DNA of 64,000 nucleotides from Cyanobacteria bacterium P01_A01_bin.123. Its GTDB lineage: Bacteria; Cyanobacteriota; Cyanobacteriia; Phormidesmidales; Phormidesmidaceae. Within the stretch, counting starts at the first letter, position 1; each line of letters starts with the position of its first letter. Shown here piece by piece: positions 18,606 through 28,043 of this stretch. The stretch spans positions 43,336 to 107,335 of the forward strand of contig JBCBZT010000027.1 in the NCBI GenBank assembly GCA_039815185.1. Direction: 5' to 3'. The position numbers and the translations under genes were made by a program. The notes under the pieces were generated by a model. That model saw only the letters and a list, made by a program, of their open reading frames with translations, did not search any database and was not told where the DNA came from.

Positions 18606-18863
18606 ATGGAAGCAGAATATGATTTCAGCCAAGGCAGGCGAGGAGCAATCGATTCAACGCCATCAGGTAAAACCCGCATCACTATTCGGCTAGATGATGA
18701 AGTTCTGGCGTGGTTTCGTGAGCAAGTTCATATTGCTGGCGGAGGAAACTACCAGACCTTGATCAATGAAGCCCTGCGCCAGCATATTCAGGCAAGTCGT
18801 GAACCCCTTGAGGAAATCCTACGAAAAGTTGTTCGTGAAGAGCTTGAACGTATTGAAAGGTAA
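18606..18863 (+). CDS. BrnA-family antitoxin
   Basis: EYDFSQG...ITIRLDDEVLAWFR...YQTLINEALR; directly follows the toxin. Confidence 0.88.
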   Translation: MEAEYDFSQGRRGAIDSTPSGKTRITIRLDDEVLAWFREQVHIAGGGNYQTLINEALRQHIQASREPLEEILRKVVREELERIER

Positions 18864-18941
18864 GGCGTTTGCTAAGGGCTATGAAATGTCAAGCGTTTAG
18901 CGTGACGCGACAGCTAGATAGTCGAGTTGCCATCTTTGTGA

Positions 18942-18988
18942 GCGCGATCGCGTGTGGGCCAACTAAACAATTCCCTGGGTGCCTCTAT
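18942..18988 (+). repeat. 47-bp direct repeat, copy 2
   Basis: Identical to 18106-18152. Confidence 0.95.
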
Positions 18989-19203
18989 CGTTCCGAAAAT
19001 CAATCACTAAGGTAAACGCTATGACGATTCTGAGTAGACGCGGCGACATGCACCTTAACCGCAAGATGGGGAGAAATGTCTCAATTTCTAGAACTCCCAT
19101 CTCATTGGGATGACGCTTGTTATGAAAAGACCACCAGCAAGGATGATAAACAAACCGTAAGCAATTCCAGGCGTGCAACGGCGGGATGATTATACTGATC
19201 TCG

Positions 19204-19347
19204 TCTACCTAATCACCCATATAGGGGTATTAGGCTGACGTATTTCCACCTAAACGCCCAAATCAGGGAATTAGGCTGAAAAGTTTCTACCTAAACACCT
19301 ATTTAAGGGAGTTATATGGGACAGTTCTATCTAATTAATAGTTAGGC
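19204..19347 (+). repeat. Degenerate ~41-bp tandem array ending in TAATA|GTTAGGC (attI-like leader)
   Basis: TCYAYCTAA starts at 19204, 19245, 19286 and 19326. The first two units have CCTAA...TTAGG inverted ends. Confidence 0.65.
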
Positions 19348-19417
19348 GCACGCCCTGCGATACTTTTTGGCTGAGTTAGAATGCTGATAATTATCCGTTT
19401 TAGTCTGATAATTTCAA

Positions 19418-20713
19418 ATGTCTAGAGAAAACTCCAAAAATACAGAAAAGTCTGACTCTGAATGCAAACGTGAAATCTTTAATGAGCTTGATGCTACCAT
19501 TGGTATTCAAAGTATCTGGGGAGTTTATGGATATACCTATGGTGGGAATGACATGGTCAGCAGTCACTTTGAAGCATTAGGTATTTTTTTGAATAGGGTT
19601 CTAGATAGTGGGTTAGCGACTTCAAAGTTTCATCGTGAAGAAATAGATGTACATTCTATCCTTAACACCGAGCAAGAGATTAGAAATATAATTCAAGCGA
19701 ATAAGAAGGCAGATGAGCTATTTCTTGCTGCCCTGAGGCAGGAAATGTTATTTGTCGATCACATATATGTGCCAGATATAGAATACTCGACTTTACTCAA
19801 TGAAGGGATAGAAGAACTTTCTACCCTCCATGATGAGGGAATTATAAAATTAGCAACACTTGGGGATGTCGATCAATCAGAATACTCTTTGCAGGATGAT
19901 GGAATACTAAGAGTAACCAGCACTTTCTCTATGGACGGCCATGAATTATATGAGGCTGTCCAAAAAGCTGATGATGAGATGATGGATTATCAGTATTGCT
20001 TGATGATGCTCCTTTTAGGTCTGAGCGAAGAAAATATTAGAACAGAATATAGAAATGAAAGGAAAAAGGAAATATTCCGAAACATGAAATCCTGGGGTAT
20101 TCCAAGAGCAACCAAAGAGTATCTCAATGCTGGCAGTCTTATGCATGATCTTCAAACAAGATTATGGTGCCAACTAGCGTTTGATCGATATGGAGTAATG
20201 CCTATTCCGCTCGTCAATACATTTTCACAATATGACAAGCTCCCTAAAAAGATTAAAGGTAAACAGGTAGGATATCAAGATGTTGTTCACTTAGTCTTAA
20301 AACAGATTCCAATGCCTAGTCTTGAGATGCCTCTTGATGAGTTCATTGACTTTCGAAGATCTGCTGAGCATAGAAATAGTTTTTATTCCTTGAAAAGATG
20401 GATGCGAAAAATCGGGAAAAGTAACATTACTCTTATTGAGTTGGAAGAAGAGTTAGAATACCTAATTTCAGAATATGAATCTTTTATGAGGCTTCAGAAA
20501 CTAAAAATAGAAACTGGAGCTTTTCAGACGATCCTTACGACCGGAGGAGATATCGTTGAGAATATAATTAAGCTCAACTTTAGTAAAGCAGCAAAAGGCG
20601 CCTTTGATCTGAAAAGAAGAAAAATTGCACTAATGGAAGTAGAAAAAGAAGCGCCGGGAAGAGAAGTTTCCTACATTGTTAATTCTCAGGAAAAGTTAAT
20701 AGATGACTTGTGA
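19418..20713 (+). CDS. AT-rich hypothetical protein carried as a gene cassette
   Basis: 431-aa ORF with foreign composition, bounded by GTTAGGC (19341) and an attC (20795). No confident family. Confidence 0.8.
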   Translation: MSRENSKNTEKSDSECKREIFNELDATIGIQSIWGVYGYTYGGNDMVSSHFEALGIFLNRVLDSGLATSKFHREEIDVHSILNTEQEIRNIIQANKKADELFLAALRQEMLFVDHIYVPDIEYSTLLNEGIEELSTLHDEGIIKLATLGDVDQSEYSLQDDGILRVTSTFSMDGHELYEAVQKADDEMMDYQYCLMMLLLGLSEENIRTEYRNERKKEIFRNMKSWGIPRATKEYLNAGSLMHDLQTRLWCQLAFDRYGVMPIPLVNTFSQYDKLPKKIKGKQVGYQDVVHLVLKQIPMPSLEMPLDEFIDFRRSAEHRNSFYSLKRWMRKIGKSNITLIELEEELEYLISEYESFMRLQKLKIETGAFQTILTTGGDIVENIIKLNFSKAAKGAFDLKRRKIALMEVEKEAPGREVSYIVNSQEKLIDDL

Positions 20714-20794
20714 AAATGAATGAGTGAAACCTTTTGGAAATGCGATTATGCTGATCTTTTAGGTGTGAATTTTTGAGGTTTAGCTTGGTAGCGT

Positions 20795-20879
20795 GCCTAA
20801 CATAACGCAGGAGCAGACGGAATTTATGATCTAGACATTGATGCAAAAATATCGACCGCCGCTCAGCTCTACGTTAGGC
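20795..20879 (+). mobile_element. Integron attC-like recombination site
   Basis: R'' GCCTAAC and R' GTTAGGC, 85 bp, with inner partial inverted repeat gcaggagc..gacgg / ccgccgctcagc. Confidence 0.75.
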
Positions 20880-20914
20880 TGCTTGCTACCTAGGACTTTA
20901 ACTCTTTAGCTACT

Positions 20915-21574
20915 ATGATTACCTCTCCTAGCATTTTCATAAGTTATGCAAAAGAAGATGCAATTGTGGCTAGACGGTTGGCTAATACTCTAAGCACTAA
21001 AAATGTGAAATTGTGGATTGATACGGATAGCCTTCTTCCAGGAGAAGAGTGGGACAGAGAAATTCGAAAAGCAATACGTAGTAGTGATTTTTTTATTGCA
21101 CTCCTTTCTAAAAAATCCGTTAATAAGAAAGGCTATGTACAAAAAGAAATTCGAGAGGCAATTGAAGTGCGCAACGAACTACCTGAAGGGAAACGTTTTA
21201 TCCTCCCTGCACGTGTTGATGATTGCCAAACTCCCTTTGAAATCCTCAAAAAATTGCATTGGGTAGATTTATTTCCTGAATGGGATGTGGGGGTAAATAA
21301 ACTACTTTTAGCCATTGGTGTGCAGCAGAGTATTAACGACACAGTAACTAGTAATGCTGCAAAATGTGAGAAGCAGAAGCGGCCAAAGCTAAAAGTTAAT
21401 CTTTCTAACGATTCAGTTGATTTGCTTAAGAAACTTCATGATGAATCTGGGATTTCACAAGCAGAAGCTGTCAGGAGATCGCTTGCATTGCTAGAATTTT
21501 CATCCTCGAAATCAACATCAGACTTGGAGATAGTGGATGATGATGGGGAAATATCCCGAATTATTTTTATTTAA
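20915..21574 (+). CDS. TIR domain protein with C-terminal ribbon-helix-helix (CopG-like) domain
   Basis: IFISYAKED, WID..SLLPGEEW, FIALLS..SV, YVQKEI (catalytic-position Glu). C-terminal LKVNLSNDSVDLLKKL..ESGISQAEAVRRSLALL. Confidence 0.85.
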   Translation: MITSPSIFISYAKEDAIVARRLANTLSTKNVKLWIDTDSLLPGEEWDREIRKAIRSSDFFIALLSKKSVNKKGYVQKEIREAIEVRNELPEGKRFILPARVDDCQTPFEILKKLHWVDLFPEWDVGVNKLLLAIGVQQSINDTVTSNAAKCEKQKRPKLKVNLSNDSVDLLKKLHDESGISQAEAVRRSLALLEFSSSKSTSDLEIVDDDGEISRIIFI

Positions 21575-21788
21575 TTATTTAGCTATATCTTTATATATGC
21601 AAGGAGTATTATACATTAGCTAAACCTCGATTCCAAATGCAAATAATTTGCATGTAACGCCAAAGTTTGAGTAGTACATTTTTATTTCGGTTTTTTCTTG
21701 CTTCATTTCTAACTTATATTGCAAGGGATGTTCAGTTCACACATTATCTATTTTAATTTTAGATGACCTTTCGCGCTCTTGAGCAAAT

Positions 21789-22535
21789 ATGCCAGAAGTT
21801 TTTATCAGCTATGCTAGCGAGGATAGATCAAAGTGTGAGCAGCTCTATCGTGATCTGAGAGCTGAAGGATACGACGTATGGCTCGATTCCCAAGACCTTG
21901 TGGCTGGCTCAAATTGGTCAATTGAGATAAGAAAAGCCATTCGAGGAGCTCAATACTTTATTATTGTGCTCTCCTCAAATAGTGTTTCGAAGCGAGGGTA
22001 TGTTCAAAAGGAAATAAGAGAAGCCTTAGATGTCTTAGACGAGTTTCCTGAATCCGAAACTTTTATTGTTCCTATTAGACTGGAGCCATGTAATGAAGGA
22101 TTTGAGCGCCTTAAAACAATTCAGCGAGTTGATATGTTCCCAAACTGGGATGATGGAGTGGCTCGTATAATCCGAGCATTGAAGAGAAGAAATCTCAACC
22201 CTGGTGAGCTAGTCAATCTTGTACAAAATACTAATCCAACTGCGAGGTTAAGGGGAGATACAATTCGCCTTCCACATAGAGAGACAAATCCAGTAGCTTT
22301 CGTAGCATTCAGTCGAGATTTTATTTGCGAGATGGCCAGAAAGCTTATAGAAAAAGATATAAATGGATTCTTTGAGATTATTAAAAACGAATATGGGACA
22401 CTGGTTCCTGCAGGTACTCTTGTTGAGGTTATTGAATGGCAAGACTATAAGAATTTCAAGATTGTGAGAATAAAATGCCTTGAAGGTGAACTCATTGATA
22501 AAATTCTCTGGACAGTTTCATTGTGTATCCCGTAA
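21789..22535 (+). CDS. TIR domain protein with an uncharacterised C-terminal domain
   Basis: VFISYASED, WLDSQDLVAGSNW, IIVLSSNSV, YVQKEI, VPIRLEPC. Confidence 0.87.
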   Translation: MPEVFISYASEDRSKCEQLYRDLRAEGYDVWLDSQDLVAGSNWSIEIRKAIRGAQYFIIVLSSNSVSKRGYVQKEIREALDVLDEFPESETFIVPIRLEPCNEGFERLKTIQRVDMFPNWDDGVARIIRALKRRNLNPGELVNLVQNTNPTARLRGDTIRLPHRETNPVAFVAFSRDFICEMARKLIEKDINGFFEIIKNEYGTLVPAGTLVEVIEWQDYKNFKIVRIKCLEGELIDKILWTVSLCIP

Positions 22536-22652
22536 TATAATCGATCATCGCTGTAGTGCAGTCACTTATCGTCGTAGGCTAGGTTGACTTAAGGGAGTAC
22601 TTTGCATTTTCAAATAATCAGGATTGTAATCATTGTGGTCGTGTTGAGCTAA

Positions 22653-22737
22653 GCCTAACTATCCGGTTGCACCCAACTGTAGTAAGAGCATCAGATAGCT
22701 TGAGAAATTCTGCAGCGGGTGAACCAAATCGTTAGAC
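22653..22737 (+). mobile_element. Integron attC-like recombination site
   Basis: R'' GCCTAAC, L'' GGTTGCACCC, L' GGGTGAACC (complementary except one extra G), R' GTTAGAC; 85 bp. Confidence 0.85.
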
Positions 22738-22825
22738 CTCATGGATTAAGGCTTTAGCTATAAATACTGCTGCGGTTAGACACTCTGCTGTAGAGTCTGA
22801 GGTGTGGGTTATTTATGAATCGTTG

Positions 22826-23788
22826 ATGGCTTCTCTGCAAATCTTCCTCGATGATCTCTACGACCGCTATCGCGACCTCGATGAGGGCCATGTTGCCAGC
22901 TACATCCCAGAATTAGCTAAAGCTGACCCCAACTGGTTTGGCATCAGCATTATTACCACCGATGGCGAAGTCTTTGAAGTCGGGGATGTAGCGCAAAATT
23001 TCACCATCCAATCGATTTCTAAAGTCTTTGCCTATGGCTTAGCCCTTGAAGACCATGGTCAAGATGAACTGTTTGAGAAAGTCGGCGTAGAACCCACGGG
23101 CGACCCCTTTAACTCCCTCATTCGCCTGGACGAAGACTCTAAGCGGCCCTACAACCCGATGATCAATGCCGGGGCGATCGCGACCAGCAGCCTAATCAAC
23201 GGTACCGATCCCACCGACAAACTCAACCGCCTACTGGCCATGTTTGAACGTTACCTGGGCCATGAGGTTTTCATCGACATGTCTACATTTATGTCTGAAT
23301 ACTCTACGGGGCATCGCAATCGGGCCATGGCTCACTTGATGCTCAACTTCGGCATGATCGATCAAAATATCGACGCTGCCCTCACCCTCTATTTTCAGCA
23401 GTGTGCCGCCATGGTGACCTGTCACGATTTGGCGGTGATGGCCGCTACCCTGGCCAATCAAGGCAAGCAGCCTATCACGCACAAACAGGCTGTGAATCCT
23501 GACTATGTGCGCGATATTCTCAGCATCATGTACACCTGCGGCATGTATAACCGAGCGGGAGAGTGGGCTTACCGCGTCGGCATCCCCGCCAAAAGCGGCG
23601 TCTCCGGCGGCATCATCGCCGTTGTTCCCGGTAAAGCCGGGATCGCCACCTTCTCTCCCCCGATTGACGCCAACGGCAACAGCGTCAGGGGCCTCAAAGT
23701 GTTTGAAGAACTCTCCCGCAAATACGGCCTCCACCTATTCGATCTCTCCATGGGCCGCTGCGTCTTCACCGAAGCCCTCAAATCATAG
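22826..23788 (+). CDS. glsA: Glutaminase A
   Basis: [21 protein letters not shown] (SxxK), [27 protein letters not shown]. Confidence 0.93.
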   Translation: MASLQIFLDDLYDRYRDLDEGHVASYIPELAKADPNWFGISIITTDGEVFEVGDVAQNFTIQSISKVFAYGLALEDHGQDELFEKVGVEPTGDPFNSLIRLDEDSKRPYNPMINAGAIATSSLINGTDPTDKLNRLLAMFERYLGHEVFIDMSTFMSEYSTGHRNRAMAHLMLNFGMIDQNIDAALTLYFQQCAAMVTCHDLAVMAATLANQGKQPITHKQAVNPDYVRDILSIMYTCGMYNRAGEWAYRVGIPAKSGVSGGIIAVVPGKAGIATFSPPIDANGNSVRGLKVFEELSRKYGLHLFDLSMGRCVFTEALKS

Positions 23789-23819
23789 GTGATTCCTAAA
23801 GCCTGAGTCCCCTCCTGAA

Positions 23820-23973
23820 TTTTAGATTTTGGATTTTAGATTTTGGGTTGTCAAAGATCCGCGCCTACCTCCCCATCTCCCCATCTCCCTACCTCCCCAT
23901 CTGTATCACACGCTAATACCCATCCTCCCCAACCTGATTACAATCAAACCCATTCCCCAATCCAAAATCCAAA
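23820..23973. repeat. STRR-like short tandem repeats
   Basis: ATTTTAG/ATTTTGG heptamers, CTCCCCAT octamers and inverted CCAAAAT heptamers. Confidence 0.7.
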
Positions 23974-25239
23974 ATGGTCTCCCAGCTCACTAGCCCTGCC
24001 GGAACACCTGCTTTATCTAGCTGGCGCATCAATCGCGATCGCCTCTTGAGTTGCCTCGATCAGCTCGCTCAAATCGGTGCCATTGACGGCGGCGGTGTTT
24101 GTCGACTCGCCCTGAGTGACGAAGACAAAGCCGGACGTGACTGGGTCGTGAGCTGGATGAAAGATCTGGGGCTAGCCATCACCATTGATCAACTGGGCAA
24201 CGTTGTCGCTACCCGACCTGGCCTAGAAGATGGCCCCCCAGTCATGACGGGATCACATATCGATACAGTGGCCACTGGGGGCCGCTATGACGGCAACCTA
24301 GGCGTACTAGCCGGGTTAGAGGTGATCGAAATCCTCAATGAGAACAACATCCAGACCCGCCATCCGGTAGCCGTAGCGTTTTTCACCAATGAAGAAGGGG
24401 CCAGGTTTCACCCGGATATGATGGGCAGTTGGGTGTTTCGTGGGGACTTTCCGGTGGAGGAGGCACTAGCAACCGTTGGCATCGACGGCACCACCGTGGG
24501 CGAAAACCTAGAACGCATTGGCTATGCCGGAACCGTGCCCTGCGGCAGTCAGCCCGTCAAAGCGTTTGTCGAGTTGCACGTTGAACAAGGCCCTGTACTA
24601 GAGCTGGAAGGCATTCAAATTGGTGCGGTGACTGGAGTTCAAGGCATGTCTTGGAAGGAGTATACCGTCAAAGGAGTATCGAACCATGCGGGGACTACGC
24701 CGATGCATTTGCGTAGAGATGCGGGGTACGGTTCTAGCGCGATCGCAGTGGCCGCCCGCAACTTAGCCCTAGAGATGGGTGGTAATCAGGTGGCCACCAT
24801 CGGATCCATTCAGCTCAAACCCAGTCTAGTCAACGTGATTGCTAAGGAAGCGCGGCTTACGGTCGATCTACGCAACACCGACGAAGCCCTATTACAGCAG
24901 GCTGAAGCGCAGATGAGTGCCAAAATCGACGCGATCGCAGCGGCGGAAAATCTTGAGATTAACAGTCGTTCCCTGGCCCGTTTTGAACCCGTTGAGTTTG
25001 ACTCAAAGCTTGTGAATCAGGTGGCGCAAACGGCCCAGGAACTTGGATTGTCAGTCAAGCGGATGCCCAGCGGTGCAGGTCATGATGCCGGATTGATTGC
25101 TCCCATGGCGCCTACGGCAATGATTTTTGTCCCCAGCGTCAACGGCATTAGCCACAACGTCAAGGAATACACGGCCCCCGAAGATTTAGAAAATGGGGCA
25201 AATGTGCTGCTACAGGTGTTATTACAACTCGCAATGTAG
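23974..25239 (+). CDS. M20 Zn-dependent amidohydrolase (allantoate amidohydrolase / N-carbamoylase family)
   Basis: GSHIDTV, GRYDG, NEEG, ELHVEQG, NHAGTTPM, SGAGHDA, GISH. Confidence 0.9.
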   Translation: MVSQLTSPAGTPALSSWRINRDRLLSCLDQLAQIGAIDGGGVCRLALSDEDKAGRDWVVSWMKDLGLAITIDQLGNVVATRPGLEDGPPVMTGSHIDTVATGGRYDGNLGVLAGLEVIEILNENNIQTRHPVAVAFFTNEEGARFHPDMMGSWVFRGDFPVEEALATVGIDGTTVGENLERIGYAGTVPCGSQPVKAFVELHVEQGPVLELEGIQIGAVTGVQGMSWKEYTVKGVSNHAGTTPMHLRRDAGYGSSAIAVAARNLALEMGGNQVATIGSIQLKPSLVNVIAKEARLTVDLRNTDEALLQQAEAQMSAKIDAIAAAENLEINSRSLARFEPVEFDSKLVNQVAQTAQELGLSVKRMPSGAGHDAGLIAPMAPTAMIFVPSVNGISHNVKEYTAPEDLENGANVLLQVLLQLAM

Positions 25240-25255
25240 CCACCATCCCTCATCC

Positions 25256-26728
25256 ATGACAGAGATTCACTCCCCGCCCCAACTGCCCAAAGACTTTGCA
25301 CCCGAAGATTTTTGGGCAATGCCACCCCTGCTGCCTGATGCAGAAGAGCGGCTGCATCACCTCGCCCAAGCTGTCTACGCTGACCTGGAAGTGTTGAGCT
25401 ATCCCAGTCGAACTTGGGACTACAGTCGCAACCCTGACATCCTCGAAGTGGCGATTCTAGGGGCCGGACACGGCGGTAAGTCTGCGGCGTTTGGCCTCCG
25501 ACGGCATGGGATTAGCAATGTTCGCATCTTTGACCGCCGCCCTGCGGGCAAAGAAGGCCCGTGGTACACCTTTGCCCGCAACGCCACCCTGAGGACCCCA
25601 AAGGAAGTGACTGGCGGACTGGACTGGGAGATCGCCAATCTGAATTTTCGCCGCTGGTGTGCCGCTCGCCACGGGGATGACTATTGGCAACGCATTCACT
25701 ACATTCCCCGATTGCTTTGGGCCACCTATTTGGACTGGTACGGTCAAGTGCTGGACTTACCGATCCAAAACGATACGGACATTCAAGACATTACTTGGAA
25801 CACAGCGGAACGGTGTTTTGAGTTGCAGGCCTACTATCAGGGCAAGCCAGAACGCTACAAAACCCGCTTCATTATTTTTGCTACGGGGATGGAGTGTGCG
25901 GGCGGTAAAAACGTACCAGATATTGTGCGCGATCGCCTGCCTGCCCACTGCTACCATCACACGATGGACGACCTCGATTTCCCCAGCTTTGCCGATCAGC
26001 GGGTGATGATCATTGGCGGTGGGGCGAGCGCTTTCGACAATGCCATTTTGCTGTTGAAGGCCGGGGCACAATCGGTGGACATTGCCATCCGCCGCCCCAA
26101 GCTGCCTAACCTCAACCGTATTCGCTGGAGTGAGTGGAACGGCTACCATCGCCACTTCATTGACCTGCCGGATGCCATGAAATGGACTTACAGCTTGGCA
26201 GAATTTCGCCTGGGGCAACTGCCGCCGCCCCACACCTATTACCAGGCTATCAGCCACCCCCGCTTAACCCTCTACACCAACGCACCCGTCAAACAGCTTG
26301 ACTATAAACAGGGTGAAATTGTCGGGCTGTATGGCGATCGCACTCTCCACCACGACACCCTGATCTGCGGCACTGGCTTCATCACCAACCTCGATCACCA
26401 AAACGAACTGGGGACTCTAGCACCCCAGATTGCTCGCTGGCGCGATCGCTTTAACCCACTCCCTGGTGATGAACAGGCCGAAATGGCTAACTATCCCTAC
26501 CTCAACACAACCCTGGGGTTTACCCCCAAGTCTCCCGACCATGGGTATCTGAGCCGCTGCTACTACCTCTCGTCAGGGGCTGCCCTGCTCAGCGGCTTCC
26601 GCGCTAATCTCTCCGGCTTACAGTTTGCCCTACCCCGAATCGCCTATGACATTGGACGACAGCTCTTTATTGAGCACCAAGACGAGATTCGAGCCGCCTT
26701 TGACGCCTACGATGTCAAAGAGTATTGA
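25256..26728 (+). CDS. FAD/NAD(P)-dependent oxidoreductase, HpyO (urate hydroxylase)-like
   Basis: ILGAGHGG FAD motif, GPWYTFAR..TLRTPK, FATG, IGGGASAFDNA, ICGTGF. Likely start MTEIH at 25256. Confidence 0.7.
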   Translation: MTEIHSPPQLPKDFAPEDFWAMPPLLPDAEERLHHLAQAVYADLEVLSYPSRTWDYSRNPDILEVAILGAGHGGKSAAFGLRRHGISNVRIFDRRPAGKEGPWYTFARNATLRTPKEVTGGLDWEIANLNFRRWCAARHGDDYWQRIHYIPRLLWATYLDWYGQVLDLPIQNDTDIQDITWNTAERCFELQAYYQGKPERYKTRFIIFATGMECAGGKNVPDIVRDRLPAHCYHHTMDDLDFPSFADQRVMIIGGGASAFDNAILLLKAGAQSVDIAIRRPKLPNLNRIRWSEWNGYHRHFIDLPDAMKWTYSLAEFRLGQLPPPHTYYQAISHPRLTLYTNAPVKQLDYKQGEIVGLYGDRTLHHDTLICGTGFITNLDHQNELGTLAPQIARWRDRFNPLPGDEQAEMANYPYLNTTLGFTPKSPDHGYLSRCYYLSSGAALLSGFRANLSGLQFALPRIAYDIGRQLFIEHQDEIRAAFDAYDVKEY

Positions 26729-26733
26729 ATGCT

Positions 26734-27816
26734 ATGAAAATTGACGTTTTCAAGATCCCCCAAAGTGGCCCTGATGATTTGACCGGGTTGGTCGATCTGA
26801 TTGAACAGCAAAAGCTAGCGCCTCAAAATATTGTCGCCATCATGGGTAAAACCGAAGGTAATGGTTGCGTCAATGATTTCACTCGGGGGTTTGCCGTTGC
26901 AACGCTGAAGGGATACTTACAATCTCGCATCGGTGAAGTCTTAACTAGCCAGATTGTATTTGTCATGTCAGGCGGCACTGAGGGAGTGTTGAGTCCCCAT
27001 TTAACGGTCTTCACACGACAACTGGAAGACTTGGCAGGGCCGACTCATCTAGGTTTAGCATTGGGGATTTGCCACACCCGAGATTTCTCTGTAGACGAAA
27101 TCGGCACCCTGACGATGGTGCAAGTGGTGGCGAATGGGGTGAAGACTGCGATCGCCACCGCTGGCCTAACGCCCGAGAATGTTCACTTTGTGCAAATCAA
27201 ATGTCCCCTAATTACTGCCGCCCGTAATTTTCAAAGTGAGGTAGTTACTCAAAATAAAACAGCTATCACCCAGGACAGCTACAAATCTATGGCCTATTCC
27301 CGAGGGGCTTCTGCCCTGGGAGTAGCGTTAGCGCTAGGGGAACTCCAACCGGATCAGCTCACCGCTGACGATATCTGCTCAAATTACACCCTGTATTCAT
27401 CTGTCGCTTCGACCTCTGCGGGCGTTGAACTTCAAAACTGCGAGATTCTAGTGTTGGGCAATACGCCTCATTCCCACAGCAACTATCGCATCGGTCATAG
27501 CGTGATGGAACATGCCCTGGATACTGCGGCGGTGCAGCAAGCGATCGCGAGTGCCCAAGGTTCCCTCAATCCATCCCGCATTATTAATGTCTTTGCCAAA
27601 GCGGAAGCTGATCCCACGGGTCAGGTGCTGGGCTGTCGCCATACCATGCTGGATGACTCCGATATTAATCACACTCGCATGGCGAGAGCGGTTGTCGGGG
27701 CAATGGTTGCGTCTGTCGTACAAGACCCGATGATTTATGTGTCAGGGGGTAGTGAACATCAGGGCCCGGCGGGTGGCGGCCCCATCGCAGTGATTAGCCG
27801 TTGCGCTATGGGGTAA
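26734..27816 (+). CDS. atzD: Cyanuric acid hydrolase / ring-opening amidohydrolase (AtzD/barbiturase family)
   Basis: GKTEGNGCVNDFTRG, MSGGTEG..SPH, QIKCPL, SRGASALGVA, STSAG, YVSGGSEHQGP.GGGP. QIKCP/SRG is the cyanuric-acid-hydrolase-type pattern. Confidence 0.85.
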   Translation: MKIDVFKIPQSGPDDLTGLVDLIEQQKLAPQNIVAIMGKTEGNGCVNDFTRGFAVATLKGYLQSRIGEVLTSQIVFVMSGGTEGVLSPHLTVFTRQLEDLAGPTHLGLALGICHTRDFSVDEIGTLTMVQVVANGVKTAIATAGLTPENVHFVQIKCPLITAARNFQSEVVTQNKTAITQDSYKSMAYSRGASALGVALALGELQPDQLTADDICSNYTLYSSVASTSAGVELQNCEILVLGNTPHSHSNYRIGHSVMEHALDTAAVQQAIASAQGSLNPSRIINVFAKAEADPTGQVLGCRHTMLDDSDINHTRMARAVVGAMVASVVQDPMIYVSGGSEHQGPAGGGPIAVISRCAMG

Positions 27817-28043
27817 CCCACACATGTTGATACACCGGGCTTTTGACTGGGGTTGAGGGATAGCGATCGCGTTAATGCCACACTTCACCAGGTCTTGATA
27901 AACTCGGCAACTTTTTGGCACCTTTTTCATACAGTGGGGTCTATTGTTTATATGGCTACTTTCTTTAAGCCAAATTAGGCAATCTATTAGGGACATTCCC
28001 GGTTACGATCTGACACAGCTAGCGATATGCACTAAACAAATCC

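Noticed and set aside
19204..19347. Periodic repeats as a CRISPR array
   Set aside because: Units are degenerate and contiguous with no unique spacers; no cas genes in the window.
21707..21764. Possible attC between the two TIR genes (TTCTAAC ... TTTAGAT)
   Set aside because: No GTT core, no clear L boxes, and TTCTAAC does not complement the cassette start; at most a decayed site.
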